A stretch of DNA of 40,403 nucleotides from Macrostomum lignano. Lineage: Eukaryota. The DNA lies in contig NIVC01004618.1 in the NCBI GenBank assembly GCA_002269645.1, forward strand, positions 1 to 40,403, read 5' to 3'. The translations under genes were made by a program, and so were the position numbers. Position 1 is the first letter of the stretch. Each line of letters begins with the position of its first letter. The notes beneath the pieces were generated by a model, which did no database searches, was not told where the DNA came from, and was given only the letters and a program-made list of their open reading frames with translations. Shown piece after piece: positions 11,001-22,994 of this stretch.

Positions 11001-14000
11001 CGCCTACCGACGGCTAAGATCAACTGCGGAAAAGCTGCGTCAGACAGGAACAATCGACGAGTATGACAGGATCCTGCAGGAACAGCTGAACAGTGGCGTC
11101 ATAGAGCCTGTGCCATCTGACAGTGATCCCGAATCAATCCAGCACTATCTGCCGCATTTGCCGATTGTCAAAAAGGACAGTTCGACGACGCGACTTCGTA
11201 TCGTCTTTGATGCGAGCGCCAAGTCTGCAGCCGGCTGTTCGTTGAACGACGTATTGGAACAGGGTCCTTGCCGCTTGCCGTCTGTGGCTTCTTTGCTGCT
11301 TCGGTTCAGGACTCATCCTGTCGCGATGATAAGCGATGTTGAGAAAGCATTCCTGCAAGTTGTCATTCGGGAGAAGGACCGCGACGCGGTTCGGTTCCTG
11401 TGGCTTACACATCCTCATCAGAAAGAGTCCACGATTCGAGTACTTCGCTACGTACGTCTCGTGTTCGGCTTGGTGAGCAGTCCGGCCATTCTCCAAGAGG
11501 TGCTTCTCTATCACTTTCGAAACACGCAAAAGGCTTCGCCGGACACCATTAAACGGCTGGCGATGGACACGTACGTGGACAATCTCGTGACTGGGTCTGA
11601 TTCGGCCGGCTCAGCGATTTTGATCTACAAACAGACCAGAGAAGTATTCGAAGAAGCTTCAATGAATATCCGAGGATGGATATCCAATTCAGCAGAGCTA
11701 AACAAAGTTTTCGATAAGGATGGCACTGGTGTTCAAAACTCTTCTACGGTCAAGGTTCTGGGCATGCTTTGGGATCCGAAAGAGGACAGTTTCGTGCTTT
11801 CAATCCACGATCATCCTACTCTAAACATTCGGAATGCAGAACTAACAAAGCGCTCGACGTTGTCGGCATTCTCAAAGACTTTCGACCCCTTGGGTCTACT
11901 CAGTCCTCTTCTGACACGTCCTCGATTGCTGTTTCAGCAGAGTTGTCGCTTGAACTTGGGCTGGGACATGCCGCTTCCGGAACCGCTCAGGAGTCAATGG
12001 CACGAGTGTTTCAGCGAGTTGGAAGGCTGGAATTGTTGCATCGACAGGCCTCTTGCTACATCAACACCAATCGCTTCCGAAATTCATGGTTTCTGCGACG
12101 CCTCCAAGGTGGCGCACGCAGCCTGCGTCTTCCTGAGGTCTACTTTCGAGTCTGGTGAGGTTAGGGTGTCGCTGCTCATGGCCAAGTCGCGTGTCGCTCC
12201 CATCGCTGAGACGACCATCCCTCGACTAGAACTGATGGCAGCCAGAGAACTGGCTCACATGATCATTGAGGTTCGTAAAGAATTTCCTGATGCCGCCGTA
12301 ATCTGCTGGAGTGACAGCATGGACGCGTTGTGGTGGATAAAGTCGGAACACAAAACTTGGAAGATGTTCATCCAGAACCGCGTTGTGTTCATTCGGTCAG
12401 TGGTTCCACCGGACAGTTGGAGACATTGCCCTGGGAAAGAAAATCCTGCTGACATTGCGACTCGTCCCATCACTACGGAATTGCTCGACAATCGCTCCTG
12501 CTGGTTTTGTGGACCTACTTGGCTGTGGTCCGACTCTTCAACATGGCCGGTTCAGCCAGATTTTTCTGACAAGTCTAGCCTGGATGACAGCTCCACTCAT
12601 TGTGTGACTCTGGAAGTCGTCGACCCTCCGGAACCTCGTATTCGAATAGACGAAGTGATAGACTTGCCGAAGTTCAGCAGTTTAGAGAGACTTCTCCGAG
12701 TGACAGCGTGGGTCCTCCGCTTCGTCACATCGCTGAGGAATCGCACCCGTGCCTTGTCGGCTACCTTAACTGCTGCCGAATTGCATTCCGCTGAGAAGCT
12801 ATGGATTCGTTCTCTTCAGGCAAAAGCCTTCAGTCCGGAGATACAGTGCATCACTAAAAACTCCGCGAAGACACCATTAATCCTGAATCTCCGCCTGTAT
12901 CTGGACAGCGACGACGTCCTTCGCTGCTCAGGACGCCTGGGTGAATCGGATATAGCGCCGGATCAGAAGTCACCGATTTTATGTCCTACAGATGTAAACT
13001 TTCAGCAAATACTTACTGAGCATGCTCACGGGAAGGTGGCTCACGGGGGAGTTGCAGCTACGTTGGTGCAGATTCGCGAGAAGTATTGGATGCTGAAGGC
13101 TCGGCAGAAAGTTAAATCTACTCTACGGCGTTGCAACACCTGCATCCGGCTCCAGGGTTTGCCGTACAAAGTTGGTCAGCAGTCGCAGTTACCCCTGTCA
13201 AGAATCGAATCGCTGAGAGCTTTCCAGCATGTTGGCCTGGACTACTGCGGTCCGCTTTTCTACCGCAGGGGGAGGGAGATGGCCAACAAAAAGCCTACAT
13301 CCTGCTTTTTGCCTGCATGGGCACCCGAGCGGTCCATCTTGAAGTGACCACAGATTTGACTACTCAATCTTTTCTGCAGAGTCTTCGTCGCTTCTGTGCT
13401 CGTCGCGGGATTCCGTCAATCATTTCGGACAACTTCAAGACTTTCCACGCAGCCGCGCGACTACTAGACGCCCACACGGCGCCCCTTCAAACCACAGGAG
13501 GTCAAGAGTTTTTAGCCGCCAAAAGAATCTGCTGGTCGTTTATCCCAGAAAAAGCACCATGGATGGGCGGATTCTACGAGCGATTGGTTGGTGTCGTGAA
13601 GTCGGCTTTGAAAAAGACCGTCTGCAAAGCCTTTCTCACTCTGGACGAGTTAACAACAGTTGTGTGCGAAGTGGAGGCAGTTGTGAATTCAAGACCACTC
13701 GGGTTCGTCTCGTCCGAAGCGCACGCGGAAGTGATCACGCCGAGTCATTTTCTTGTGCTGCATCGCCTGACAAAAGAACCAGAAGCGAATCCGAAAGGCC
13801 AAACAGTCCTGCCCTTCCAGAGCGTCTGAGCAAAGTGCGGCGGATGCTGACCAAATTCTGGCGAGAATGGTTGAATGAGTACATCGTGGCTCTGCGCGAG
13901 CGTTCAGCAAGGAAGGAAGGACGAACTTCTGATCGCATAATCAAGGTCGGAGATGTCGTTTTGGTGATGGACGCCGGCGTGCCGAGGCTGCAATGGAAGC

Positions 14001-16100
14001 TGGCGGTTGTGGAAGCGGTACATCATGGCCGTGATGGCGTTGCTAGGTCGTGCCTCCTGAGGTTAGCTAGTCCGCATCGTAGTCGCGCTGCTGTGCATTT
14101 TCGGCGGCCGGTGGCGTCGCTGGTTCCTCTGGAGGTCTAAGCCTGTCTCTTTCTTTCTTTGATCTTGTCTCGTGCTGTCTCGCCGTCGATCTCTCAGTCT
14201 ATCTTTGTCTGCGTTTGCGTCGTCTAAATTCTGCGAGCTATCTGTAGCCACTGCGTGATTAGTTACTGATTCTGTTTCACTTGCATGATTTTTGCTGGCA
14301 ATCAAATAATGCCTCTTGGTGTCGTAAGTACCTACGCAAATTCGACGCACTATTTTTAATCCGCAATTAATCATAGTTTCGTTTGATTTTAATGTTCCAA
14401 TTTTTGATTGTCTTTGTGTCAAGGCACTTATTTCCAATATCAAATATTTTCTCGAAGTGCATTCGCTTGTTTAGCTCGAAAATTTGTATTCGATAAAAGA
14501 ACTCGCATTCGATGTCTCGTCTTTATTTTCAGTGAAAGTTAGACTTTGCAGCCCTTTCCTTTTTAGCCAGAGGTCTTGAGTTCGAACCTCTGGCGGGGGA
14601 GTGTGGCGGAAAGTGCAATTCATTATTTTCAATCAATTACTCCATCTCAATCTGCGCCGACTCTATTATGCCCGCACATTGATTTTCTCCAAATACGCCC
14701 GTATCGATTTAATGTACGCAAATGCGATGTACGCAAGCCAGGTGAACTTACTCTTTTTTACACGGCCTTCATTAACTATTTAATAAATAAACTGTAGCCC
14801 AGTGAGGCTCGGATCGTGTTTTTTCGTGCATAGCGCAGCGTCGCTAAAAGTTCAATCCAAATTGACTACAATTCAACTACAGTATCAATCAGGTTCCATC
14901 CAGGTCCCAAGGTATCAATCACGTTCCATCCGAACACAGTTATCAATCAGGTTCCATCTAGGCCACAGTTATCAATCAGGTTCCATCTAGGCCACGGGTA
15001 TCAATCAGGCCTCGCTCACCTGCTCCGCCTCCTGATTGGCTGCAGCCTCGGCGGCCTCGACCCGCTCCCTGACGGCCTTGGCGGATTCCTCCAGGGCGCG
15101 GCGCAGCTCCACCTCCCGCTTGGCTGCCGCGCGAAGCTCCTCGCAACTGCGCCGGAATCGCTCCAGCGAGGCCTCCTGCGAGTCCGTACGGATTGCCAGC
15201 TCGGACTGAAGTTCGGGGGGGGAGAATCGTCAATTTCTGGTGCTGGACTCCGCCACCAACCCACCAACTGAATCCGCGCTCACCTCGCGCTGCTTGAGCG
15301 CCTCCTCGCTGGCCAGCAGCTCCTCGACTTTCAAGCGGAGCTGCTCGGCCTCCGACTTGGCCGCGTCCCGCTCTTGAGCAGCGGCCTGAAGCTGCTTCTC
15401 CCAGGTGGCGTACTCGGCCTGGGGGTGGGCAAGCGAGCGGTTGTGAAATTTGCAAACTCTGAACAGCCAGCAAGCGAAGGCAAAAAGTTTCTGTGCGTCA
15501 AAATGTTGGTAAAGTTTGAAGAAAAATTCTCCATTTTTCATGTGATATCGCAACTTCATCAACTGCACAGCCTCGAGCAAAACATTTGCAGGCCTAATTT
15601 GGCGATTCAGTCAGTCTGAAAGAGAACGAACTGCACTTGCTGACCTAATTTGGCGATTCAGTCAGTCTGGAAGAGAGCGAACTGCACTTGCTGACCTAAT
15701 TTGGCGATTCAGCCAGTCTGAAAGAGAACGAACTGCACTTGCTGACCTGGAACAGCCGCTTGGCCTGGCCCAGCTTGCCGGTGATTTCGCTCTGCGCTCG
15801 CAGCGTCCGCTCCCGCTCCGCCTGCACGGCCAGCAGCTGCTCCCGCACGCTGCGCACGCTGCCCTCCAGCTCGCGGATTCGAGCCACGAGCACCTCCCGG
15901 GGAGTTCGCTGGCAGCGACTGCTGCTTGTCAGGCTGCTCACTGAGCCGCGCGGTGACTGGAGGCCGCTGTTGCTGCCATTGTCATGGCAACCGCTGACGC
16001 TGCCGATATCGCTAAGTTCGCCGAGAATCTTTTTGCTCTCGGCTGCAGTCATCTGCAGCTTTTTCAGCAGGTTGTCAATTTTGTGCTCGTCAACTTCCAT
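5041..16100 (-). CDS. Long coiled-coil protein of unknown family; exons 16100-15747, 15418-15284, 15205-15020, 7151-6612, 6292-5870, 5778-5578, 5445-5041
   Basis: Each exon is open, bounded by AG/GT and a multiple of 3 (all phase 0), giving 748 contiguous codons from ATG 16100 (MEVDEHKIDNLL...). The product is E/A/R/Q-rich and heptad-like. It continues into the frameshifted exons below 1288. Confidence 0.85.
7190..8079. repeat. 18-bp minisatellite (GGTATCAATCAGGTTCCA)n, left part
   Basis: Visible tandem units; source of spurious ORFs 7177..8160 and 7214..7921. Interrupted by the BEL element. Confidence 0.95.
8080..8359 (+). repeat. 5' LTR (280 bp)
   Basis: TGTGGCGG...ACTACA; identical to the 3' LTR except one T/C; contains AATAAA. 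Confidence 0.97.
8360..8377 (+). promoter_or_regulatory. Primer binding site, tRNA-Lys(UUU)-type
   Basis: TGGCGCCCGAACAGTGAA directly after the LTR; 16/18 match (first 14 perfect) to the tRNA-Lys3 PBS TGGCGCCCGAACAGGGAC. Confidence 0.85.
8767..14140 (+). CDS. BEL/Pao gag-pol polyprotein with two frameshifts in integrase (about 13270 and about 13800)
   Basis: Gag LPKMSLPIFDG; three Cys-His knuckles (CTYCRQGHYSDSC, CFCCLRPNHPSSQC, CRHCGKMHHPSVC); protease LFDTAS; RT RIVFDAS, DVEKAFLQ, YVDN; RNase H HGFCDAS, TIPRLEL, ENPAD; integrase H-x6-H, CNTC, VGLDYCGP, ISDN, GGFYERLV; C-terminal KVGDVVLV...W domain. Confidence 0.93.
14592..14601 (+). promoter_or_regulatory. Polypurine tract
   Basis: GGCGGGGGAG abutting the 3' LTR. 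Confidence 0.8.
14602..14881 (+). repeat. 3' LTR (280 bp)
   Basis: Direct repeat of 8080-8359. Confidence 0.97.
14882..15008. repeat. 18-bp minisatellite, degenerate right part
   Basis: GTATCAATCAGGTTCCATC units resume after the LTR. Confidence 0.85.
15595..15747. repeat. 51-bp tandem repeat x3, each unit containing the exon-1 splice donor
   Basis: Period 51 (GGCGATTCA at 15601, 15652, 15703); each unit reads AG|GTCAGCAAGT on the minus strand. Confidence 0.85.
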
Positions 16101-17454
16101 GCGGATGCAGTGGAAAATGCAATTAAACTTTCACTTGGGCTCAAAATTTTATGACTTGAATTTCCAGGACGTGTTGACCATCTTAATAAAATATAAACTT
16201 GAGCACCATTTTTATTAGACAATGAGACTGGATGTAAAGTTCAGGTCACTATATCAAATTTGGTGTAAATATGCATCAGATGCACAAATTAACAAAAAAT
16301 GAATGTTGAAAATAAAAAAAAACTTAATTCATTTGATTCAGTTAAATAAGACTTTAGACTAACCAAAAATGATATGAACAAAGAGGTTCAAAGTTAGAGC
16401 TTCTCAATTAATGCTGAAAAGAAGGTATTAAAAATTATAGTGCCTTATAAGCATCATTATAGTTTAGTATTGTTTGTTTTTGTTTTGTTAGAAAATGTTT
16501 TAAGAAATTCAAGCATTTTAAGTTTAAATAACTTACTTTCATAAGCAAAACATTAAAAAATTATAAAGCATATTTTTGTTGATTTGTAAATCAGCTGTGT
16601 TTATAGCTTATTTAATTGCAGTCTGAACCTTACATTAATTGAATAAAATCATTTGTGATAAATGGATAAAAGGATAATTGTGATAAAAGGAAACAATAAG
16701 CTAAAGAAGAATTTAATACAGAAATACTGCTCCCTATTTATTAATTTTGCTCATTTATTGTATGGCTATAAAGAAAAGAAAAAATACATGAAAATAGACA
16801 ATAAGCCTAAGATAAGACAATTATTGCCAACTGAAGAAATGACTAAATAAAAAAATATATACAAACATTGAGATATATGCCAGCAAAATATAATCATATT
16901 GATCATTGTCATTGATCATATTGATCAGTACAATCATTTTGAACTTTGCTTAAGTAATATTGTTCCCGATTATCACATTAGCACCAGCTTAATGACTATT
17001 ATTTATTTGAGTTTATTAAGGTGCACACAATGAAAAACAGATTTTAGCTCGAGATCCAGAATAATGCCTCTACCAGGAATTAATTTGAAAACAAAATTGG
17101 AGGGAGAGCAATTTTTTAAACAATAGAGTTGAATCGATTGGTAAGCTTTATATTAGTTAAATATTTTTATGTTAAGTGCTTCGCATCAAGCCTACTATTG
17201 ACAAATGAGTGCATTCTTATTTTAAGCATGCCAACAATTTAATACAAAAAAATATTTTATAGACTGCTGTGGTCTACTTGCATGGTCTAAAAGCCTTATG
17301 CTTAGTTTAAACGTTGTTTTAATGTCTTTAACTTCGCTATACTTCAAATTTTATTGAGCTCATACTTAAAAATATCAATATAGGACTCGCTCGATCTGAA
17401 CTGGAGTTTCACTTCACATTTCATCGATGCAGCAGCAGCAATTCACATTTCATC

Positions 17455-18333
17455 GATCGAGAGGCGGCTCAGCGTGCTAGGCTACGCCGACGATCTCGCC
17501 CTGCTGTCTACGACCGTCCAGGGCGCCCAGCGCCAGCTGGACCGGCTGGTGAGCGTTGCGGCGAGCGTCGGCCTGGTATTCAACACGCAGAAGATCGTCG
17601 TGCTCTGCGTGCCGGACAACATCAAGGGTGCAATTTTCTGCCGAGGCGCTGGCGGGCAGGTGACGAAGCTTCCGCGCTGTCAGCAGTTCGTCTACCTACA
17701 TCTGCGGTCTGGTGTCGCACGTTCGTGAGGATCTGCGAAATCGCCGTGGACTTGCCTGGGCTGCCTTCCGTTCCGTGAGGACAGTCCTGCAGTCCGAGGC
17801 TCTGCCTGACCGCCAGAGGGCGGCGTTGTTCCAAGCGGTGATCGAGACCGTCCTGTTGTATAACGCCGAGACCTGGACGCTGACGGATTCGCTCGAACAG
17901 CAGGTCAATGCAGCGCGCCGCCTTCAAGATCGGCTACGAGCGAGTCACCAATGCGGCACTCTATCGCCGCACCTGCCCTGGGTGTGCACTACCCTGATAC
18001 AGTGCCGACCAGGGACCTGATGACTCGCGCTGGTATTCCCGCGCTCAGCTGCACTATCCGCAAACGCCGACAGATGTTACTTGGCCATTGCCTAAGAAGC
18101 TACGGCCGCGGCGAGCAAAATCCTCTGGCGCTGGCTCTCCTGCATCAGCCCACTGAGCGCCTGCGCCGTGGCCAAGGCCGAACTGTGACGCTAAATGATA
18201 CGTTTCTGACTGACTTGCAGGCCATCGGACTCAGCCCCCAGTCCGCCATGACTTGCCCTTCTCGGTTGTTCTGCGAACGCGTCCGCGCAAAGACTAGCTA
18301 GATGTCCTTTTGTCTGTGCTTCTCTCTGCGTCG

Positions 18334-18366
<33 letters not shown>
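17455..18366 (+). mobile_element. 5'-truncated RTE-like non-LTR retrotransposon fragment with a (TA)16 3' end
   Basis: LGYADDLALL, GLVFNTQK, FVYL, AWAAF, VLLYNAETWTLT, IRKRRQMLLGHCLR across three frames; stop near 18301; (TA)16 at 18335-18366. No TSD seen. Confidence 0.85.
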
Positions 18367-18369
<3 letters not shown>

Positions 18370-18743
18370 GCCTGTCCCGTCATAGCAAACTGTCGCACTG
18401 TCGGCGACTCCAGCTGGCAGGCCACATCATCCGAGCCCGAGTCCTACTGCCCGCAACCGATGCAGGAGGTGCTGCTGCCGACGCTGCAGGCACCCTACCG
18501 GCGGGGACAGGTGCGCACGCGGCGTTTCGTCGACTGCCTGCTGGCTGATGCGGCGCCCCGGGGACTGCCGGTGGTGCGGCCTAAGTTCACGCCCAGGCCC
18601 TGAAACGCGCTCTGTGACGTTGTCTCACGCTTAACGTTCAATCGCGTACTCGTGTATAATTAAGTTAGGTACGCCGCAACTACTCATGGAGTTTCTCCTC
18701 ATAAGCAGTCTTACAAATACTGAAGCGAGTTGCGTGAGTTAAG

Positions 18744-20300
18744 TAGGGACAACTTAAACTACCGGGACGCGAAACAAAAAGTTGGGGGCTCTTTTGAGTC
18801 TATGGGCGCCCGATTTCTCATGCATTAAATGCTTAGCTTAGCTACTGAAAAGACTAAGGCCACAGTATTATTTTTGCTTTAAAAGGTTCAGTAAGTTGTC
18901 TAAAAGGTTTTTTATTCAGTTTTAAATATGCTTTTTGTTTTTTTGAGTACAAAAACGGCCGTACAGAGCACAATGACATACAATTAGACACGCGAGATAT
19001 TCACGAAGAAAAGGTTTAAACTTAGCATGGTGTATATATGGTGGAACGGAACTGAACATAACTTATTTGAGGAGGAACTTATACTGGGACCTGTATACTG
19101 TATAGGAAAAACTGGTGTACTAAGCAAAAATTACATATATTTAAGCATGTGAGATAAGCACAAGAGAAAAAAGTTTAAAAGCATGAAATGGTGTGTGTGT
19201 ACAAAAGTACAAGGCAACTCGTACTCGTAGAATAGAACACAGAAAATCAGGACTAAACAGAACGAATTTTAGGAGAAACCCAGATAAGGAGCAGCTAGAT
19301 ATGAAAGACTTCGGATTGGAAAATTTGAAACTCCAAAGACAGATACTAAAAACTATACCGCAAATTCACTGGCCTCCCAGTTTGCGTAGCTTTCTGTCCT
19401 GCGATGTAGTCGGCGCAGGTGCAACCTTCGATGAGCGCTTTACCAGTGCTGCAACAACCTTTTCATTGAAGACTTGGAGAGCGAGTGTTACCTTCGTTTT
19501 TCTGTATGCTTGAACTGAAGGATAGCAAGCTTCGTGGGTTAATTCCGTTCGTTTGACAACGTGATATCTTCTGATTTGTACAGTCGGATCACGTCCATCC
19601 ATTTGGCCGATATAACTGTCTGCACCTGGCGGTTGAATATTTAAGGTTCCATTGGATTCAGTTTGCCAATTGTTGCAAGTCTCGAATCAAAACTGGCGTA
19701 TGCATAATGAATGCGCGAACGGAGAAGTTTGGGGCAATAAAAACTGTCTGTCTGTCCGTCTGTATCAAGCACGAAGAGGGAAAGCCAGAGAAGACAGAAG
19801 GCGGATCTTTCGGTCTTTCATGTCGACCATTCTTTAACATCGGGTGTCATTTGGCCAGTGCTTTTGGCAAATGTCCATGTGTTCAGTCACTTTCTAGAAT
19901 GGTAAATTTTATCGCAGTGGTTATTTTTAACAATTAGTTTGTAAATAAATTCATCCACGCATACCAGCGTATGATCGCTTAGAATTAACATCCTTTTTAC
20001 CTCAAAATTTTTGGTAGGGTTTGTCTCCAACGCTCCCGTTCTCGTGCATCTCAAGGAAGAGCAAATATCGTTGTTCGGCTTTCTTCTGAGTTATAGTTTG
20101 ATCTGCAGTTAAAGACGCTGCACTTTCTCGACATTTTTCAGTCGCACAAGAGTTGAAGGCTTTTTATTTGCCCTCACACCTCTTTATAGACTGAAGAGTT
20201 GTAGTTGGAACGGCCATAGAACACTGCTTTCAAACGAGCCTCCAACTTTTTTCACCATGATTTGGCTTGTTTCGCGTCCCGGTAGTTTTAGTTGTCCCTG
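18744..20300 (-). mobile_element. P-superfamily (THAP transposase) DNA transposon, internally deleted and degenerate
   Basis: 34-bp TIRs (18744-18777, 20267-20300; CAGGGACAACTAAAACTACCGGGACGCGAAACAA, 2 mismatches). Exact 8-bp TSD GAGTTAAG (18736-18743, 20301-20308). THAP-like N-terminus and a P-transposase-like core remnant. Confidence 0.92.
19370..20134 (-). pseudogene. THAP-domain transposase remnant with a 107-nt intron (20000-19894)
   Basis: MSRKCSVFNCRSNY...IFALP*DARERERW..LP | KVTEHMDICQKHWP...RPKDPPSVF, then AKWMDVIRLYKSED...KRTELTHEACYP...KVTLALQVFNEKVVAAL; one stop and several frameshifts. Confidence 0.8.
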
Positions 20301-20718
20301 GAGTTAAGAGTTACAAGCGAATATACGCTCGTATTGGCTTGGCTGAGATCGAGGTCGCGAGACTGGGCCTGCTGGAAACTCATAAAGCCGGCTACTATTT
20401 CCTGTACCTGATATCCAGGTGTTCTCGACTTTTGCTTAAATTAGCTTAATATCCGTTGTATTTGCTGCATAATTTAACTGTGATTATAGTTTTCTGTGTC
20501 AGTGTTGAATAACGGAAGGTCTGCTGGCCCAAATTAACCTGCACTTTTAAAAAATTGTTCTGCATGTTCTGGAAAGACCTTGCAATGCGCCAGTCAAATC
20601 TGCTGCCATTTGATCGACTTTCAGCTGTAAACTCTCCATTAAGTTGTAACACTCACTCAGTTTGACTGGGCAAGCACTGTTGTAACCCGGGCGTCTAAAT
20701 TGTACGGCCCACTCCATA

Positions 20719-20880
20719 TAGGACCACTCACCTCAGCTGATATTGCAGCCAGGCCCCGCTCCCTAGGACCATTCACCTCAGCTGATATTGCAGCCAGGCC
20801 CCGCTCCCTAGGACCACTCACCTCAGCTGATATTGCAGCCAGGCCCTGCACCTTAGCATCATTCACCTCAGCTGATCTTG
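20719..20880. repeat. 45-bp tandem repeat (about 3.5 units)
   Basis: CTAGGACCACTCACCTCAGCTGATATTGCAGCCAGGCCCCGCTCC units. Confidence 0.9.
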
Positions 20881-22219
20881 CATAGCTTGTGGTGTAAAGG
20901 AGTGACGCCACCAGTCACCTGCGCAAAGGACTCCTGCTAATTAAACGGGACTGCCAGGCTGCTTATGGGCCTGGTTTGGAGCACAGCTCCTAGTCTACTC
21001 GTAGCCATGGCCGGGCCAAGGACCTCTATATAATGCTGCGTAATTCTACTACTATGTAATAAAACGCATCGGTTATTGCATTTTCGAACCCTCAGCTTCT
21101 CTTCCAAACTAATACAGTGATAATACCGGTATAATGAAGTACTGTGGTATTATTATAGCATTAATGCGAGCGTATCATAGTACTTCACTCTCGCAGCAGA
21201 GCATAACTCAAACTCATAACTCAAAAGAGATACAAACTAAAAATGGTCAAAAGGATTCATGCTTCGATTAGATTAAGCTAACTTAAAGTTGAGTTTAAAA
21301 ACTTGATTCGGATGAGCAAATGAGCTTTACTGAATAAATACAGGCAAATTTATGAAAATGCGCGATCAGGAAATGAGCTGAATTTTAAGTAAATAACCTG
21401 CAGAAACACGAGCGCAAACGCATAGCTTAAACGCGGCTGGCCAGGCGAGTCACTGGCTGCTGGCGGCGATCCGGACGGTCAATGCTGTCGCCAAAAAGTG
21501 TCGAATGACGTTGCCCCGTCGAATTTGATTTGGGGAGTTTCACTGATGGGGATTGGGGCTGGGTTTGCTTTCAATCAGCAATGGGAGAGGAGAGTCATAC
21601 ATGTCATTTCACTTGCGGAGATCGCGGTGATCTATCTTTACGTAGGAAAAATGGTGAGGTTCCTAAATCGTCAATCAGTTACTAAGGGGATGAGGTCGGT
21701 TGAGGCTCTGGCCGGGAGATTTACGTCCAGCACGAACCCACGATTGTTGAAAAGACAAAAAAGGCTTGCTTAAATGGAGTGAAGATCGGGTATTACGCGC
21801 GCGATACGTGAAAAATGCAGCTTCGACCGGCGTCGCCAAGCAACTATGTGATGTCACCTGCCTCGCCGCGCTGTGATTGGCTTGCATAATAGGGTGCAGG
21901 TGGGAAGGGTTGCGCAATAAGTCACATGACAAAATGGGAATACGAAGATAGAGGTCAAAAATGGATGTCACTGATTTGGAATGATTTGAAACAATAGAAG
22001 GAAGGTTGTGGTGGACGCTAAAGGAGTCGTATAAAGGGTGAGTCATCGCGATGAATCAATGCAGTGGGGAAGGGGGGCTGGATCTGAGGGCCACGGGGCT
22101 TAATTTTGCGCGTACTTTGGGTACTCTTATCATTTAAAACCGATCGAGTGATTGCTGAAACCGCTGGTTACATCAATACCAAAGAAACCAATATATGTAC
22201 TTTGATACTCTAGTTTTGG

Positions 22220-22665
22220 TTTTGTCAGCCTAACTGAGAATAAAGCCATCCAAAGTGAGAATCCTGCCTACGTTGACTGCGAAGGGCCTGGCTGCGTGCA
22301 GCCTTAGTCTATGGGCCATAGGCAATAAAGGACAAGCAAAGTGATAAAAAGCCATCCAATGTGAGAATCCTGCCTACGCTGAATACGAAGGGCCTAGCTG
22401 CGTCCAGCCTAGTCTATGAGCCATAGACTATAAAGGATAAGCTAGGATTGGCTAGTCATATGGCTCAGAAGCTCAGAGGGTATAAAAATAAAAGAATACG
22501 ACGCATAGACCAATCGATTCTCACATTGGATGGCTTTTTATCACTTTGCTTGTCCTTTATTGTCTATGGCCCATAGACTAAGGCTGCACGCAGCCAGGCC
22601 CTTCGCAGTCAGCGTAGGCAGGATTCTCACTTTGGATGGCTTTATTCTCAGTTAGGCTGACAAAA
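22220..22665. mobile_element. Foldback/MITE-like element with 150-bp inverted arms
   Basis: 22220-22369 is the near-perfect reverse complement of 22516-22665. The left arm begins an approximately 105-bp direct duplication that continues into the spacer. No ORF; TSD unclear. Confidence 0.7.
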
Positions 22666-22994
22666 GCAATACTCTGATAATGCCGTTATTCAATAACAAT
22701 AAGATGGATGAAAATATATGGCTTCAATTGAATTGGCGGTTATAGCAGCTCTGATGAGCCTCAATGAAGGCGAAACAATATACTATACATGTAGTCATTG
22801 TATAGCAATCTGACGATCATTATTTGTAGTTTTTATGCGTTACAATTCATTGTTTGTTTGCCATTCGGCATTGAACCTAGTTTTGTCTATGGTAATCCTC
22901 AATGCTAGTATCGTCAAATAGGCTAGAGAGAAGGGTATGAATACACTCTACCATAGCATACGATTTGATCGTCCAATAGCGATACAATGAAAAG

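Larger units (their letters stand above)
8080..14881 (+). mobile_element. Full-length BEL/Pao LTR retrotransposon (6802 bp)
   Basis: TG...CA LTRs at 8080-8359 and 14602-14881; 5-bp TSD GTATC (8075-8079, 14882-14886); PBS, PPT and a single gag-pol polyprotein in the order gag-PR-RT-RH-IN. Confidence 0.98.

Noticed and set aside
8682-13944. Numerous antisense and alternate-frame ORFs over gag-pol, LINE and GC-rich exons
   Set aside because: These are shadows of real coding frames in stop-poor sequence, with no motifs.
14141-14591. Env-like gene in the BEL element
   Set aside because: Only about 450 nt remain before the PPT, with no plausible ORF on the sense strand.
18367-18603. GC-rich open stretch (QEVLLPTLQAPYRRGQ...) after the (TA)n
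   Set aside because: No recognisable family and no supported start or upstream exon; left unannotated.
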